A DNA stretch of 63,996 nt, the filler included, from Vicugna vicugna (taxonomy: Eukaryota): assembly GCA_013265495.1 (NCBI GenBank). It is 80 parts of 77 records of this genome, joined end to end, with 100 filler letters (N's around TTAATTAATTAA, not from the genome) between each part and the next. Parts side by side here need not be neighbours in the genome. Positions count along the whole stretch, not along the records: positions 25,878 to 26,671 come from PNXW01008954.1; positions 26,772 to 27,906 come from MU059363.1; positions 28,007 to 28,684 come from PNXW01008960.1; positions 28,785 to 29,545 come from PNXW01008961.1; positions 29,646 to 30,261 come from MU059364.1; positions 30,362 to 31,166 come from MU059365.1; positions 31,267 to 31,761 come from MU059366.1; positions 31,862 to 32,365 come from MU059368.1; 72 more parts are not named here. The stretch is one strand, 5' to 3'. The position numbers and the translations under genes are program-made. Below, one piece after another: positions 25,878-38,099 of this stretch. The first letter of the stretch is position 1. Each line of letters opens with the position of its first letter. The notes beneath the pieces were generated by a model. It saw only the letters and a program-made list of their open reading frames with translations, made no database searches and was not told the origin of the DNA.

Positions 25878-26671
25878 ATTACATATCTCTAGGGTTGAAT
25901 TCGCTCCAAGAGGGTTTTTGTGTGATCAAAATGTTACTCTTGAATCTGGTGATAGGAAGAATCTACGAAGTCAAAGTAAATATTTCAGAGTGCAAGTCAA
26001 AGTAAATATTTCAGAGTGCATAGGTAAACTATTTGGTGGCTGAAACATCAAACATGCGCATGTTCACATCTCAGAAATGCATGTTTGAGGAATCCGTGAT
26101 GCATGAAACATGTTCGGAATACGGAATGCATGGATATGTAAAGAATGTAAATTACATGTGTATTGTGAGAATTCACTCAAAGAGAGTTTTCTGGTGCCAA
26201 ATGTCCAATATTAGATCCTGGTGATAGGAAAAACCTATGAAGTCAGAGTAAATATTTCTAAGTCTATATACGCCTTGTTTGGTGGAGGAAAGGTCAGTAA
26301 TCCACATGCTCACAAGTCAGAAATGCATGATTGCTGAATCCGTCATGCATGTACATGTACGGAACCCGGAATGCCCTGTTGTTGGAATTCATTTAAATTA
26401 CATATCTGTTAGGTGGAAATCGCTCCAGAACTATTTTTCTGTGATAAAAGCCTGAATTCGAAACTGGTGTTAGGGAAAGCTTGTGAAAATATGTACAAGT
26501 GTCTATATGATGATATTCCATATATAGAGGATGAAAGATTATTAATCCACATGATTTCAACTCAGGAATGCATGTTTGTCAAATTCGTCATGTATGTAGC
26601 ATGTACGAAACACGGAATATCATTGGGATGGAATCTATTCAAATTACATATCTCTAGGATAGAATTCGCTC
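25878..26671. repeat. S247-HOR satellite, one full trimer
   Basis: attacat anchor at 25878, 26151, 26397 and 26643; the fourth subunit start matches the first; an internal ~26-bp duplication lies near 25970-26020. Confidence 0.94.
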
Positions 26672-26771
26672 NNNNNNNNNNNNNNNNNNNNNNNNNNNNN
26701 NNNNNNNNNNNNNNNTTAATTAATTAANNNNNNNNNNNNNNNNNNNNNNNNNNNNNNNNNNNNNNNNNNNN

Positions 26772-27906
26772 TTTCCTAATATCACTGTGCCAGGGAATGC
26801 AAGGGGGGTTTGCAGTGTATCCCAGTGAGGGAGGCTGCCTCCCCAAGGTCAGGGAAGGTACTTCTCGGACTTCGCCGAGCAGGGAANNNNNNNNNNNNNN
26901 NNNNNNNNNNNNNNNNNNNNNNNNNNNNNNNNNNNNNNNNNNNNNNNNNNNNNNNNNNNNNNNNNNNNNNNNNNNNNNNNNNNNNNNNNNNNNNNNNNNN
27001 NNNNNNNNNNNNNNNNNNNNNNNNNNNNNNNNNNNNNNNNNNNNNNNNNNNNNNNNNNNNNNNNNNNNNNNNNNNNNNNNNNNNNNNNNNNNNNNNNNNN
27101 NNNNNNNNNNNNNNNNNNNNNNNNNNNNNNNNNNNNNNNNNNNNNNNNNNNNNNNNNNNNNNNNNNNNNNNNNNNNNNNNNNNNNNNNNNNNNNNNNNNN
27201 NNNNNNNNNNNNNNNNNNNNNNNNNNNNNNNNNNNNNNNNNNNNNNNNNNNNNNNNNNNNNNNNNNNNNNNNNNNNNNNNNNNNNNNNNNNNNNNNNNNN
27301 NNNNNNNNNNNNNNNNNNNNNNNNNNNNNNNNNNNNNNNNNNNNNNNNNNNNNNNNNNNNNNNNNNNNNNNNNNNNNNNNNNNNNNNNNNNNNNNNNNNN
27401 NNNNNNNNNNNNNNNNNNNNNNNNNNNNNNNNNNNNNNNNNNNNNNNNNNNNNNNNNNNNNNNNNNNNNNNNNNNNNNNNNNNNNNNNNNNNNNNNNNNN
27501 NNNNNNNNNNNNNNNNNNNNNNNNNNNNNNNNNNNNNNNNNNNNNNNNNNNNNNNNNNNNNNNNNNNNNNNNNNNNNNNNNNNNNNNNNNNNNNNNNNNN
27601 NNNNNNNNNNNNNNNNNNNNNNNNNNNNNNNNNNNNNNNNNNNNNNNNNNNNNNNNNNNNNNNNNNNNNNNNNNNNNNNNNNNNNNNNNNNNNNNNNNNN
27701 NNNNNNNNNNNNNNNNNNNNNNNNNNNNNNNNNNNNNNNNNNNNNNNNNNNNNNNNNNNNNNNNNNNNNNNNNNNNNNNNAATGCCTAAGCTCGTCTCCC
27801 CTGAGGGTTTTCCTCATGTCTCTGTGCCAAGGAATACTAGGGGGGTTTGCAGTATAACCCTGTGACAGAGACTGACTCCCCAAGGTCAGGGAAGTTATTT
27901 CTCGGA
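26772..27906. repeat. S267 satellite (mostly gap)
   Basis: Monomer motifs at both ends. Confidence 0.9.
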
Positions 27907-28006
27907 NNNNNNNNNNNNNNNNNNNNNNNNNNNNNNNNNNNNNNNNNNNNTTAATTAATTAANNNNNNNNNNNNNNNNNNNNNNNNNNNNNNNNNNNNNN
28001 NNNNNN

Positions 28007-28684
28007 TAAAATATTAGTTGAAAAATAAATTACAAATCATAAAATCAACACATTTAAATTTTTTTAAAAATATTAACAAACAGGTAAACATTTAGCCAGG
28101 CTTATTAAGAAATACAGAGACTGGACACAAACAAAATAAGAAATTAAACAGAAAAAAATAATATCAGATATTGCAGAAATACAAAAAAAGATTATGAAAG
28201 CACAATGAGCTGTTACGTGACAACCAACTGAATGACCTAAAAGAAATGGACAAATTTCTTGAAACGTACAGCCTAAACACTGAATAAAGAGAAATCTGAG
28301 AACATGAATTGAACAATCCGTATAAATTAAATACAATGTATAATTTTAAGAACACCCCTTGAACAAAATATCTGGATGCCTTCACTAAAATATCTTTACC
28401 CCAACTATTTTAAAAAATGAAGGAGGAAGGAAAATTCCCAAAGTCATTCTATGAAGCCACCATTACCCTGATAATAAAATCAGTCAAAGGCACTACCAAA
28501 AAAAAATGGAAATGGAAATCCTATATCATTGATGAATGATGATATACATTCAAAAATCCTCGAAAAATATCAACAAACGAATCCAGCAATACTTAGAAAG
28601 TTTTATACATGATGATCAGTTGGATTACTTCCTCAGTCGCAAGGATGGTTCAACATACACAAGTCAATCAGCATGACACATATC
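28007..28684 (+). mobile_element. LINE-1 ORF2 fragment
   Basis: gaaatggacaaatttcttgaaac; ccaaagtcattctatgaagccaccattaccctgata; gcaaggatggttcaacatacacaagtcaatca. Confidence 0.9.
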
Positions 28685-29645
28685 NNNNNNNNNNNNNNNN
28701 NNNNNNNNNNNNNNNNNNNNNNNNNNNNTTAATTAATTAANNNNNNNNNNNNNNNNNNNNNNNNNNNNNNNNNNNNNNNNNNNNACTCCAGAACACATGT
28801 GAACAGGTGAAGTTTGGTGGACTAAAACAGACAAAGGTTGCTAAAGTGAGGTAAGAGCAGATTTGGTGTCTGCAACCAAGGCCCCCTGACTAGGATATCT
28901 GAGTACACAAGTTCAGAGAACCCAGCAGAAACAGGATCTCAGTGGTTCATACAGCTTCAGCCCCCAACTGCAACAGTACTCATGGTCATATGTATCTTGA
29001 GGGAGCCACAATGGAGACAGAAATTCCATCCTTCAGACACTCAGACATTCATGAAATTGTCCCTACTCCCCATTCACAGTGGTGGAGACAAGTTACCTTG
29101 CAACACTGGACATAGCAAAGGCACTTGCCTAATTCCAAATACCCATCTGTCTTTACAAATTTTCTCAATGTGTGCACTCTCAGGGGATATCAGATAAAAT
29201 GTAGGGTTCAACGTCCCAGTGACAACAGTGGCATTAACTAACAGAGAAGTCTAAGAAATGACAATGAAAGGACATATTTTATCCAGACTGTATTTACTGG
29301 AAAGTGCCATTTTGAAATATTATCAGAGGTAGCTCAGGTAAGTAAAACCAAAAATTGCACAATATTGCAAACTACCAGAAAATAAAAGCAAGGACTCCAA
29401 CTCCCAATCTGTTATTTAGTGTCATCAGAGCAATAATTTATCAAATGACCAATCACAGTAAAATTATAGGGCACGTACACACAAAGATACACAGACAAAA
29501 ATACCTACACAGACAAAGACACACATGCACACACACCTGAACACANNNNNNNNNNNNNNNNNNNNNNNNNNNNNNNNNNNNNNNNNNNNTTAATTAATTA
29601 ANNNNNNNNNNNNNNNNNNNNNNNNNNNNNNNNNNNNNNNNNNNN

Positions 29646-30261
29646 CTCTCTATTCTGTTCCGTTGGTCCATATGTCTATTTTTGTACCAGTACTATGTTG
29701 TTTTAATTACTGTAGCTCTATAGTATTGTCTGAAGTCTGGCAGTGTTATGCCTCCAGCCTCTTTTTTTTTTTTTNNNNNNNNNNNNNNNNNNNNNNNNNN
29801 NNNNNNNNNNNNNNNNNNNNNNNNNNNNNNNNNNNNNNNNNNNNNNNNNNNNNNNNNNNNNNNNNNNNNNNNNNNNNNNNNNNNNNNNNNNNNNNNNNNN
29901 NNNNCTTGGGCATTGTGACCATTTTAACAATATTGATTCTTCCAATCCAGGAGCATGGGATATCTTTCCATTTCTTCAAATCTTCTTCATTTTCCTTCAT
30001 CAATGGTTTATAGTTTTCTGTGCATAATACTTTCACCTCCTTGGTTAGATTTATTCCTAGGTATTTTATTTCTTTGGGTGCTATTTTAATGGGGATTGTT
30101 TCTTTACTTTCTTTGTGCTGTTGATTCATTGTTAGTGTAAAGTAATGCAACTGATTTTTGAATGTTAATCTTATAACCTGCTAGCTTCCTGAATTCTTCA
30201 ATCAGCTTTAGTAGTATTTGTGTGGACCTCTTAGGGTTTTCTATATATAGTATCATGTCAT
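29646..30261 (-). mobile_element. LINE-1 ORF2 fragment
   Basis: IKYLGINLTKEVKVLCTENYKPLMKENEEDLKKWKDIPCSWIGRINIVKM. Confidence 0.95.
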
Positions 30262-30361
30262 NNNNNNNNNNNNNNNNNNNNNNNNNNNNNNNNNNNNNNN
30301 NNNNNTTAATTAATTAANNNNNNNNNNNNNNNNNNNNNNNNNNNNNNNNNNNNNNNNNNNN

Positions 30362-30721
30362 TGCCCAGCTTCAAGACCTGAGAAAAAGCCCAGAGTCAGC
30401 AACAGAAATAATCAATAGTATAATGATTGGGGTGATCTTGCACATCTGAAGCAAAGTCCTGGAGCAAAATCCTGCCATGTGTGGGAGCTGGAGGGCAGGA
30501 CATGATGGCAGTCTTTGCTCCTGGTGGGGAAGAAAAGGTTACCAGTTATAGGGGAGTTGATGTCAGGTTGGCTCATTGGTTACCAGGGTAATCAGCAGAG
30601 GGTCATGCCTCTTACCACCCCTATGATAAGCATAGTGGTGAGTTCCGCTCTAAATCTAGAACAGTCATTAGCTGGGGCCTGGGGCAAATATGAAGGAAGA
30701 TCAGTCATGTGAGTTGTGTGT
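30362..30721. mobile_element. Probable ERV LTR fragment
   Basis: LTR-like composition (CCAAT on the minus strand at ctcattggtt); resemblance only, termini not seen. Confidence 0.35.
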
Positions 30722-31266
30722 NNNNNNNNNNNNNNNNNNNNNNNNNNNNNNNNNNNNNNNNNNNNNNNNNNNNNNNNNNNNNNNNNNNNNNNNNNNNNNN
30801 NNNNNNNNNNNNNNNNNNNNNNNNNNNNNNNNNNNNNNNNNNNNNNNNNNNNNNNNNNNNNNNNNNNNNNNNNNNNNNNNNNNNNNNNNNNNNNNNNNNN
30901 NNNNNNNNNNNNNNNNNNNNNNNNNNNNNNNNNNNNNNNNNNNNNNNNNNNNNNNNNNNNNNNNNNNNNNNNNNNNNNNNNNNNNNNNNNNNNNNNNNNN
31001 NNNNNNNNNNNNNNNNNNNNNNNNNNNNNNNNNNNNNNNNNNNNNNNGACAAAATGAAAGGGATGGCTATCCATTCAGAGGAGAACATGAGAAAAGAGGG
31101 GAGAATGGCAATCCGATAGTAGACACTTAAAATAACCAACGTCAGAAAACAACCTTTGGGAGGACANNNNNNNNNNNNNNNNNNNNNNNNNNNNNNNNNN
31201 NNNNNNNNNNTTAATTAATTAANNNNNNNNNNNNNNNNNNNNNNNNNNNNNNNNNNNNNNNNNNNN

Positions 31267-31761
31267 CTGCAGATACCCAGCTGTCCCTGCCCCATTTGTT
31301 GAATAGACTATACTTTCAATGGAGAGTTGTTGGCCCCCTTGTGGAAAACTGTTTGTAAATGTAAGTTTTTTCCCCCTGGGTTTTTATTGTGTCTCATAGA
31401 TTTATTTATCCAAACTTATGCCAGTACCATACTGACTTGTGTACTATAGCTTTTTAGTACCCTTTAAANNNNNNNNNNNNNNNNNNNNNNNNNNNNNNNN
31501 NNNNNNNNNNNNNNNNNNNNNNNNNNNNNNNNNNNNNNNNNNNNNNNNNNNNNNNNNNNNNNNNNNNNNNNNNNNNNNNNNNNNNNNNNNNNNNNNNNNN
31601 NNNNNAGATCACTTTGGGGAGTCTTAACATTTTTAATAATATTGTCTATCATTCCATGAAAATGGGATGTCTTCCATATATGTAGATTTTTAAAATTTAT
31701 TTTGGTGATACTTCATAATGTTCAATGTACAAATCTTGTAAATTTTTGTTAAATGTATCTC
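31267..31761 (-). mobile_element. Old LINE-1 ORF2 fragment
   Basis: catttgttgaatagact; atgccagtaccatact; ttccatgaaaatgggatgtcttccat are antisense L1 motifs. Confidence 0.75.
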
Positions 31762-31861
31762 NNNNNNNNNNNNNNNNNNNNNNNNNNNNNNNNNNNNNNN
31801 NNNNNTTAATTAATTAANNNNNNNNNNNNNNNNNNNNNNNNNNNNNNNNNNNNNNNNNNNN

Positions 31862-32365
31862 AAATAAGTTCATTTGTCTCATTTTTTTATATTCCACATA
31901 TAAGTGATATCATATGCTATCTGTCTTTCTCTGTCTGACTTACTTCATGTAGTATGATAATCTATAGGTCCATCCATGTTGCTGCAAATGGCAGTATTTC
32001 ATTCTTTTTTATGGCCGAGTAGTATTCCATTGTATGCATATACCACATCTTTTTCTATTTTCTCTTAATATATTTTTATTGAAATATAATCAGTTTACAA
32101 TGTGTCAATTTCTGGTGTACAGCACAATGCTTCAGTCATATAGGNNNNNNNNNNNNNNNNNNNNNNNNNNNNNNNNNNNNNNNNNNNNNNNNNNNNNNNN
32201 NNNNNNNNNNNNTACAGTATAACTTGTTGTTTATCTATTTTATATATATTTATATATGTGCAGTTAGTATCTGCAAATCTTGAACTCCCAATTTATCCCT
32301 CCCCCCGACCCCGGGTAACCATAAGTTGGTTTTCTATGTCTGTGAGTTTATTTCTGTTTTGTAAA
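31862..32365 (-). mobile_element. LINE-1 3' ends (two juxtaposed copies)
   Basis: ttccacatataagtgatatcat...tccatgttgctgcaaatggc, then ttttattgaaatataatcagtttacaatg, which starts a second 3' end. Confidence 0.85.
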
Positions 32366-32465
32366 NNNNNNNNNNNNNNNNNNNNNNNNNNNNNNNNNNN
32401 NNNNNNNNNTTAATTAATTAANNNNNNNNNNNNNNNNNNNNNNNNNNNNNNNNNNNNNNNNNNNN

Positions 32466-33206
32466 ACAGAATACTGAATATATAATTTAGAATATAGAAT
32501 GCAGAACACAAAATTTAGAATATATAGTAGAGAATATAAAACCCAGAATTTAGTACATGGAATGCAGAACACAGAATTTAGAATATAGAATACAGTATAC
32601 TGAATACAGTATGCAGAATATAGAATGTACAACACAGAATACAGATTATGGAAAACAGAATACAGAACCCAGAATTTAGAACATGGAATGAAGAACACAG
32701 ATTTTAGAATATATAATACAGAATACTGAATACAGAATTTAGAACTTAGAATGCAGAACACAGAATTTAGAATATAGAATACAGAATAATGAATATAGAA
32801 TTTAGAAGATGGAATTCAGAACACAGAATTAAATTATAGTATACAGAATGCTGAATATACAATTCAGAATATAGAATGAAGAAAACAAAATATAGTGTAT
32901 AGAATAAAGAATTTAGAACCCAGAATTTAGAAAATGGAATGCTGAACACAGAATTTAGAATATATAGTACAGAATACTGAATACAGAATTTAGAACTTAG
33001 AATGCAGAACACAGAATATAGAATATAGAATACAGAATAATGAATATAGAATTTAGAACATGGAANNNNNNNNNNNNNNNNNNNNNNNNNNNNNNNNNNN
33101 NNNNNNNNNNNNNNNNNNNNNNNNNNNNNNNNNNNNNNNNNNNNNNNNNNAATATAGTATGTAGAATAGAGAATACAGAACCCAGAATTTAGAACATGGA
33201 AAGCAG
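32466..33206. repeat. Heptamer satellite (reverse orientation) with 126- and ~252-bp higher-order periods
   Basis: AGAATAT/AGAACAC units; aacccagaatttag at 32540, 32666, 32917; agaacttagaatgcag at 32741 and 32992. Confidence 0.93.
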
Positions 33207-33306
33207 NNNNNNNNNNNNNNNNNNNNNNNNNNNNNNNNNNNNNNNNNNNNTTAATTAATTAANNNNNNNNNNNNNNNNNNNNNNNNNNNNNNNNNNNNNN
33301 NNNNNN

Positions 33307-34084
33307 AGAAGCCTATGGAAAGGTGCTCCATAGCATCTGTCATCAAGGGGAAGCAGAGTGAAACAGAGAGATGCCACTGCATACCTGTCAGAACTGCCAA
33401 AATGCAGAACATTGACAGCTCCGAATGCTGGTGAGGATTTGGAGCGTCAGGAATTCTAATGCATTGTTGGTGGCAATGTAAAATGGCCCACATACTTTGG
33501 AAGACGGTCTGGCAATATTTTACAAAACTAAACGTACTTCTATCATATGATCCAGCAACTGTGCTCCTTGGTGTTTACTCGATGAAATGGAAACTTATGT
33601 CCACACACAAATCTGCATACAGATGTTAATAGCAGATTTATTCATAATCACCAGAACTCAGAAGCAACTAAGCTCTTCTTCAGTATGTGAATGGATAAAC
33701 TGTGGTCCAGGCAGAAAATGGACTATTATTTGGTGCTTAAATGAAATGAGTTATCAAGGCATGGAAAGACATGGAGTAACCTTAAATGCATATTACTAAG
33801 TGAAAGAAGCCAATCTGGGAAGGTTCTGCAACTGTCTGATTCCACCTGTATGGTGTTCTGGGAAAGGGAAAACCACAGAGACTAAAAGATCAGTGGCAGT
33901 CGGAGGCTAGGGGGAAGGAGCAATGAATGAGGTGCAGCACGGAGCATTTTAAGGTCACTAAGACAGAACTCTGTATGATGATGGTGGATACATGTTATTG
34001 CACATCTGTCCAAACTCACAGAGTGCACACCACCAAGCATAAATCCTAGTGTCAAGTATGGGCTCTGGGTGATGATGACGTGTC
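33307..34084 (+). mobile_element. Ancient L1MC-type 3' end
   Basis: aaatgcatattactaagtgaaagaagccaatctg and tgtccaaactcacagagtgcacaccaccaag...gggctctgggtgatgatgacgtgtc resemble the L1MC 3' UTR. Confidence 0.8.
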
Positions 34085-34184
34085 NNNNNNNNNNNNNNNN
34101 NNNNNNNNNNNNNNNNNNNNNNNNNNNNTTAATTAATTAANNNNNNNNNNNNNNNNNNNNNNNNNNNNNNNNNNNNNNNNNNNN

Positions 34185-35846
34185 CTCCATGGGCTGTGGA
34201 GAGGTTTAAACTACAACCCACAACTTGGGTATTACTGTGACCCTTGAAAAATGCGTGTGCTGTTTCCCCACGTCCAGCACACACAGGAAGAAGTGTTCTG
34301 GGGTTCTGAGTGTGGGGTGGTTCCTCCAACAGACAGCAGCAACTGGGTTTTAATAGAATCCCTTAGCTTGACTTCCCTAAGTCTTTTCCTAGGCCTAGCA
34401 GTTAGCGATGGTGGGGGATGGGCTCTAAAGCCAAGTATTAGCGAGTGCATCTCTNNNNNNNNNNNNNNNNNNNNNNNNNNNNNNNNNNNNNNNNNNNNNN
34501 NNNNNNNNNNNNNNNNNNNNNNNNNNNNNNNNNNNNNNNNNNNNNNNNNNNNNNNNNNNNNNNNNNNNNNNNNNNNNNNNNNNNNNNNNNNNNNNNNNNN
34601 NNNNNNNNNNNNNNNNNNNNNNNNNNNNNNNNNNNNNNNNNNNNNNNNNNNNNNNNNNNNNNNNNNNNNNNNNNNNNNNNNNNNNNNNNNNNNNNNNNNN
34701 NNNNNNNNNNNNNNNNNNNNNNNNNNNNNNNNNNNNNNNNNNNNNNNNNNNNNNNNNNNNNNNNNNNNNNNNNNNNNNNNNNNNNNNNNNNNNNNNNNNN
34801 NNNNNNNNNNNNNNNNNNNNNNNNNNNNNNNNNNNNNNNNNNNNNNNNNNNNNNNNNNNNNNNNNNNNNNNNNNNNNNNNNNNNNNNNNNNNNNNNNNNN
34901 NNNNNNNNNNNNATGAGGGAAAGGGTTGGGCTTGGAGGACAAGTAGCAGTGGATGCCCCCTGATCCATTGAGGAAGTACTTAGAGGACTTCCCCGTAANN
35001 NNNNNNNNNNNNNNNNNNNNNNNNNNNNNNNNNNNNNNNNNNTTAATTAATTAANNNNNNNNNNNNNNNNNNNNNNNNNNNNNNNNNNNNNNNNNNNNCG
35101 GACCAGGGAAACACTCTTATTACAAGCTAAGGGATTCTATTAGCACCCAGACGCTTCCGTCATTTTGAGGAGCCCCCCCACGCTAAGGATATCTGAAAGT
35201 CTTCGTGTGTGTTCTGGAGGTGGGAAAGATAATCCACGCATTTTTATGGGGGCACAGGTGTTCCAAAGTTGGGGATTTGGTATAAACACCTCCACTGCCC
35301 GTAGAGGGGCAGTCGCTAATCCTTGTCTTTAGGGCCCAACCCCCACATTCGCTTAAAGACCGGCCTAGGTTAACACCCAAGGAAGTCAAGCTAACGGATT
35401 CTATTAGACCTCAGTTGCTGCTGTCATTTGGAGGAAACNNNNNNNNNNNNNNNNNNNNNNNNNNNNNNNNNNNNNNNNNNNNNNNNNNNNNNNNNNNNNN
35501 NNNNNNNNNNNNNNNNNNNNNNNNNNNNNNNNNNNNNNNNNNNNNNNNNNNNNNNNNNNNNNNNNNNNNNNNNNNNNNNNNNNNNNNNNNNNNNNNNNNN
35601 NNNNNNNNNNNNNNNNNNNNNNNNNNNNNNNNNNNNNNNNNNNNNNNNNNNNNNNNNNNNNNNNNNNNNNNNNNNNNNNNNNNNNNNNNNNNNNNNNNNN
35701 NNNNNNNNNNNNNNNNNNNNNNNNNNCTCAGGATTTCCCAACATATTGTGGCGGTGAGATGTGGAGCCAAAATCCAAGTAGATGAATGGTGTCACACATG
35801 ATCCCCATTAGGGAGAAGTCCTCTAAATATTTCCACAATCCATCGG
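34185..35846. repeat. S265-div satellite (two scaffolds: 34185-34998 and 35099-35846)
   Basis: 34185-34382 is nearly identical to 46224-46422; 35099-35846 is in reverse orientation. Confidence 0.88.
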
Positions 35847-35989
35847 NNNNNNNNNNNNNNNNNNNNNNNNNNNNNNNNNNNNNNNNNNNNTTAATTAATT
35901 AANNNNNNNNNNNNNNNNNNNNNNNNNNNNNNNNNNNNNNNNNNNNGAAATATAAATTAGAGTATTTCCTCACATTGTATACAATCCAT

Positions 35990-36494
35990 GCTCACAGAAT
36001 ATCTTTTATTTATTTTGTTTAATTTATTTCTTACACCTGTAATTTATTGATCTATGTTTTGATCTTTTATTTCACTTATCAAATTTATTCCTATTTTTTT
36101 TCTTTTTGGTATAAATTTACACACAATTGTTTTCCCAATTTCTCTTTCTGATAATGAGTTCTTACTATATAAAAATACAACGGATATTTGTATATTGATT
36201 TTGTATTCTGCAAGCTTACTAAGTATGTTCATTATTTCTAACAGTCACTGGAGGAGCCTATGGAGTTTTCCATCTATGTATAATTATGTCATCTGTAAAA
36301 AATTTTACTTTTACAAGTTGTATGCTTTTTATATTTTTTCTTGACTAGTTGTTCTGGCTCGGACTTCTAGAAGTGTAATTTAGGACTTGTGACAATGAGC
36401 TACTTTTTTTGTTACAGGACCTGAGATAAACCTTTCTGTATGTTAACACTGAACTTGATTTTATTCATGCGTATTACATTTATGCCTTTTATTA
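35990..36494 (-). mobile_element. Old LINE-1 ORF2 fragment
   Basis: SKLAEYKINIQISVVFLY resembles L1 ORF2 [18 protein letters not shown]. Confidence 0.8.
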
Positions 36495-36594
36495 NNNNNN
36501 NNNNNNNNNNNNNNNNNNNNNNNNNNNNNNNNNNNNNNTTAATTAATTAANNNNNNNNNNNNNNNNNNNNNNNNNNNNNNNNNNNNNNNNNNNN

Positions 36595-36843
36595 AATACT
36601 TGGTTTAGAGCCTAATCCCAAATTTCCCCCACACACTGGTCTTTTCAATCCATCATGGAAAACAAGTTAAGGTATTTTATTAGAACTCAGGCGCTGCTGT
36701 TAGTGGGAAGAACCTCCCCACACTCAAGACATCTGAACCCAATGCCGTGTGTGTGCTGGAGGAGGGAAAAAGAGTCCACGCATCTTTCTGGGGGCACAGG
36801 TGTTCCCAGGTTGGGGATGTAATTAAACACTTCCACTGCTCAT
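36595..36843. repeat. S265-div satellite
   Basis: caggcgctgctgttagtgggaagaacctccccacactcaag core. Confidence 0.85.
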
Positions 36844-36943
36844 NNNNNNNNNNNNNNNNNNNNNNNNNNNNNNNNNNNNNNNNNNNNTTAATTAATTAAN
36901 NNNNNNNNNNNNNNNNNNNNNNNNNNNNNNNNNNNNNNNNNNN

Positions 36944-37330
36944 TTCGTAGCTTCTGCCTGTCACCAGTTTCAAGAATAACACTTTGATAGCAGAAAAACC
37001 CTCTTGGAGCGAATTCTACGCTAGAGATATGTAATTTGAATAGATGCCATCTACATGATATTCCGTGTTCCGTACAAGCTACATAAATGACGGAATTGAC
37101 AAACATGCATTCCTGAGTTGAGAGCATGTGGATTACTAATCTTTCATCCTCTATAAAAGGAATATTTTCATCTAGACANNNNNNNNNNNNNNNNNNNNNN
37201 NNNNNNNNNNNNNNNNNNNNNNTTAATTAATTAANNNNNNNNNNNNNNNNNNNNNNNNNNNNNNNNNNNNNNNNNNNNGTTGAATTTCTGAGTTGTAAAC
37301 ATGCGCATGACTGATGTTTCCACCACCAAA
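36944..37330. repeat. S247-HOR satellite, reverse orientation (two scaffolds)
   Basis: Matches 58149-58375. Confidence 0.88.
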
Positions 37331-37430
37331 NNNNNNNNNNNNNNNNNNNNNNNNNNNNNNNNNNNNNNNNNNNNTTAATTAATTAANNNNNNNNNNNNNN
37401 NNNNNNNNNNNNNNNNNNNNNNNNNNNNNN

Positions 37431-37999
37431 AAGACGTGTTCATGTATCATGAGTGAGGGGAGGCTCCTCCCACTGACAGCAGCCCCTGGGTCCTAATAAA
37501 ATCAGTTAGCTGTATTCCCTGAGTGTTTCCCTAACCCGGGCTTCGTGGGAAAGCTGGGGACTGGTTTAGGGAGTCATGTAGATGCGAGTGTCACCCAATG
37601 GGATGAGGAATCTTTTAGATAAATTTTCCATAAAGGGGAATACCTGTGCCCACATCCAACTTCATGGAGTGGGGATAAACAAATCTCCCCCGACAAGAAT
37701 GGCTTCCAGAATCCTGAGAGTGGGAAAGTTCCTCCAACTTACAACAGTGCCAGTGTTCTAGTAGAATCCTTAAGCTTCTCTTCCCTGATGGATTGCATAA
37801 GCTGGAGTGCGGTTCAAAATGGGATTTGGGATCTAAATCCAAGTATTTTTGCCTCTCCATGGTAAGTGGAAGTGTTTAATCAAAAACCACCAACAAGGGT
37901 ATACCTGTGCCCCTGAAATATGCGTGGACTCTGTTTCTCAACCATCAGCACCCTCACGAAGAAGTTTTCTGGAATCCAGAGCATGGGGAGGCTACTCCA
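37431..37999. repeat. S265-div satellite
   Basis: Two diverged monomers with the core ctgagagtgggaaagttcctccaact. Confidence 0.85.
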
Positions 38000-38099
38000 N
38001 NNNNNNNNNNNNNNNNNNNNNNNNNNNNNNNNNNNNNNNNNNNTTAATTAATTAANNNNNNNNNNNNNNNNNNNNNNNNNNNNNNNNNNNNNNNNNNNN

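Noticed and set aside
29075..29081. CACAGTG heptamer as a possible RSS
   Set aside because: No nonamer at 12- or 23-nt spacing and no V/D/J coding segment next to it.
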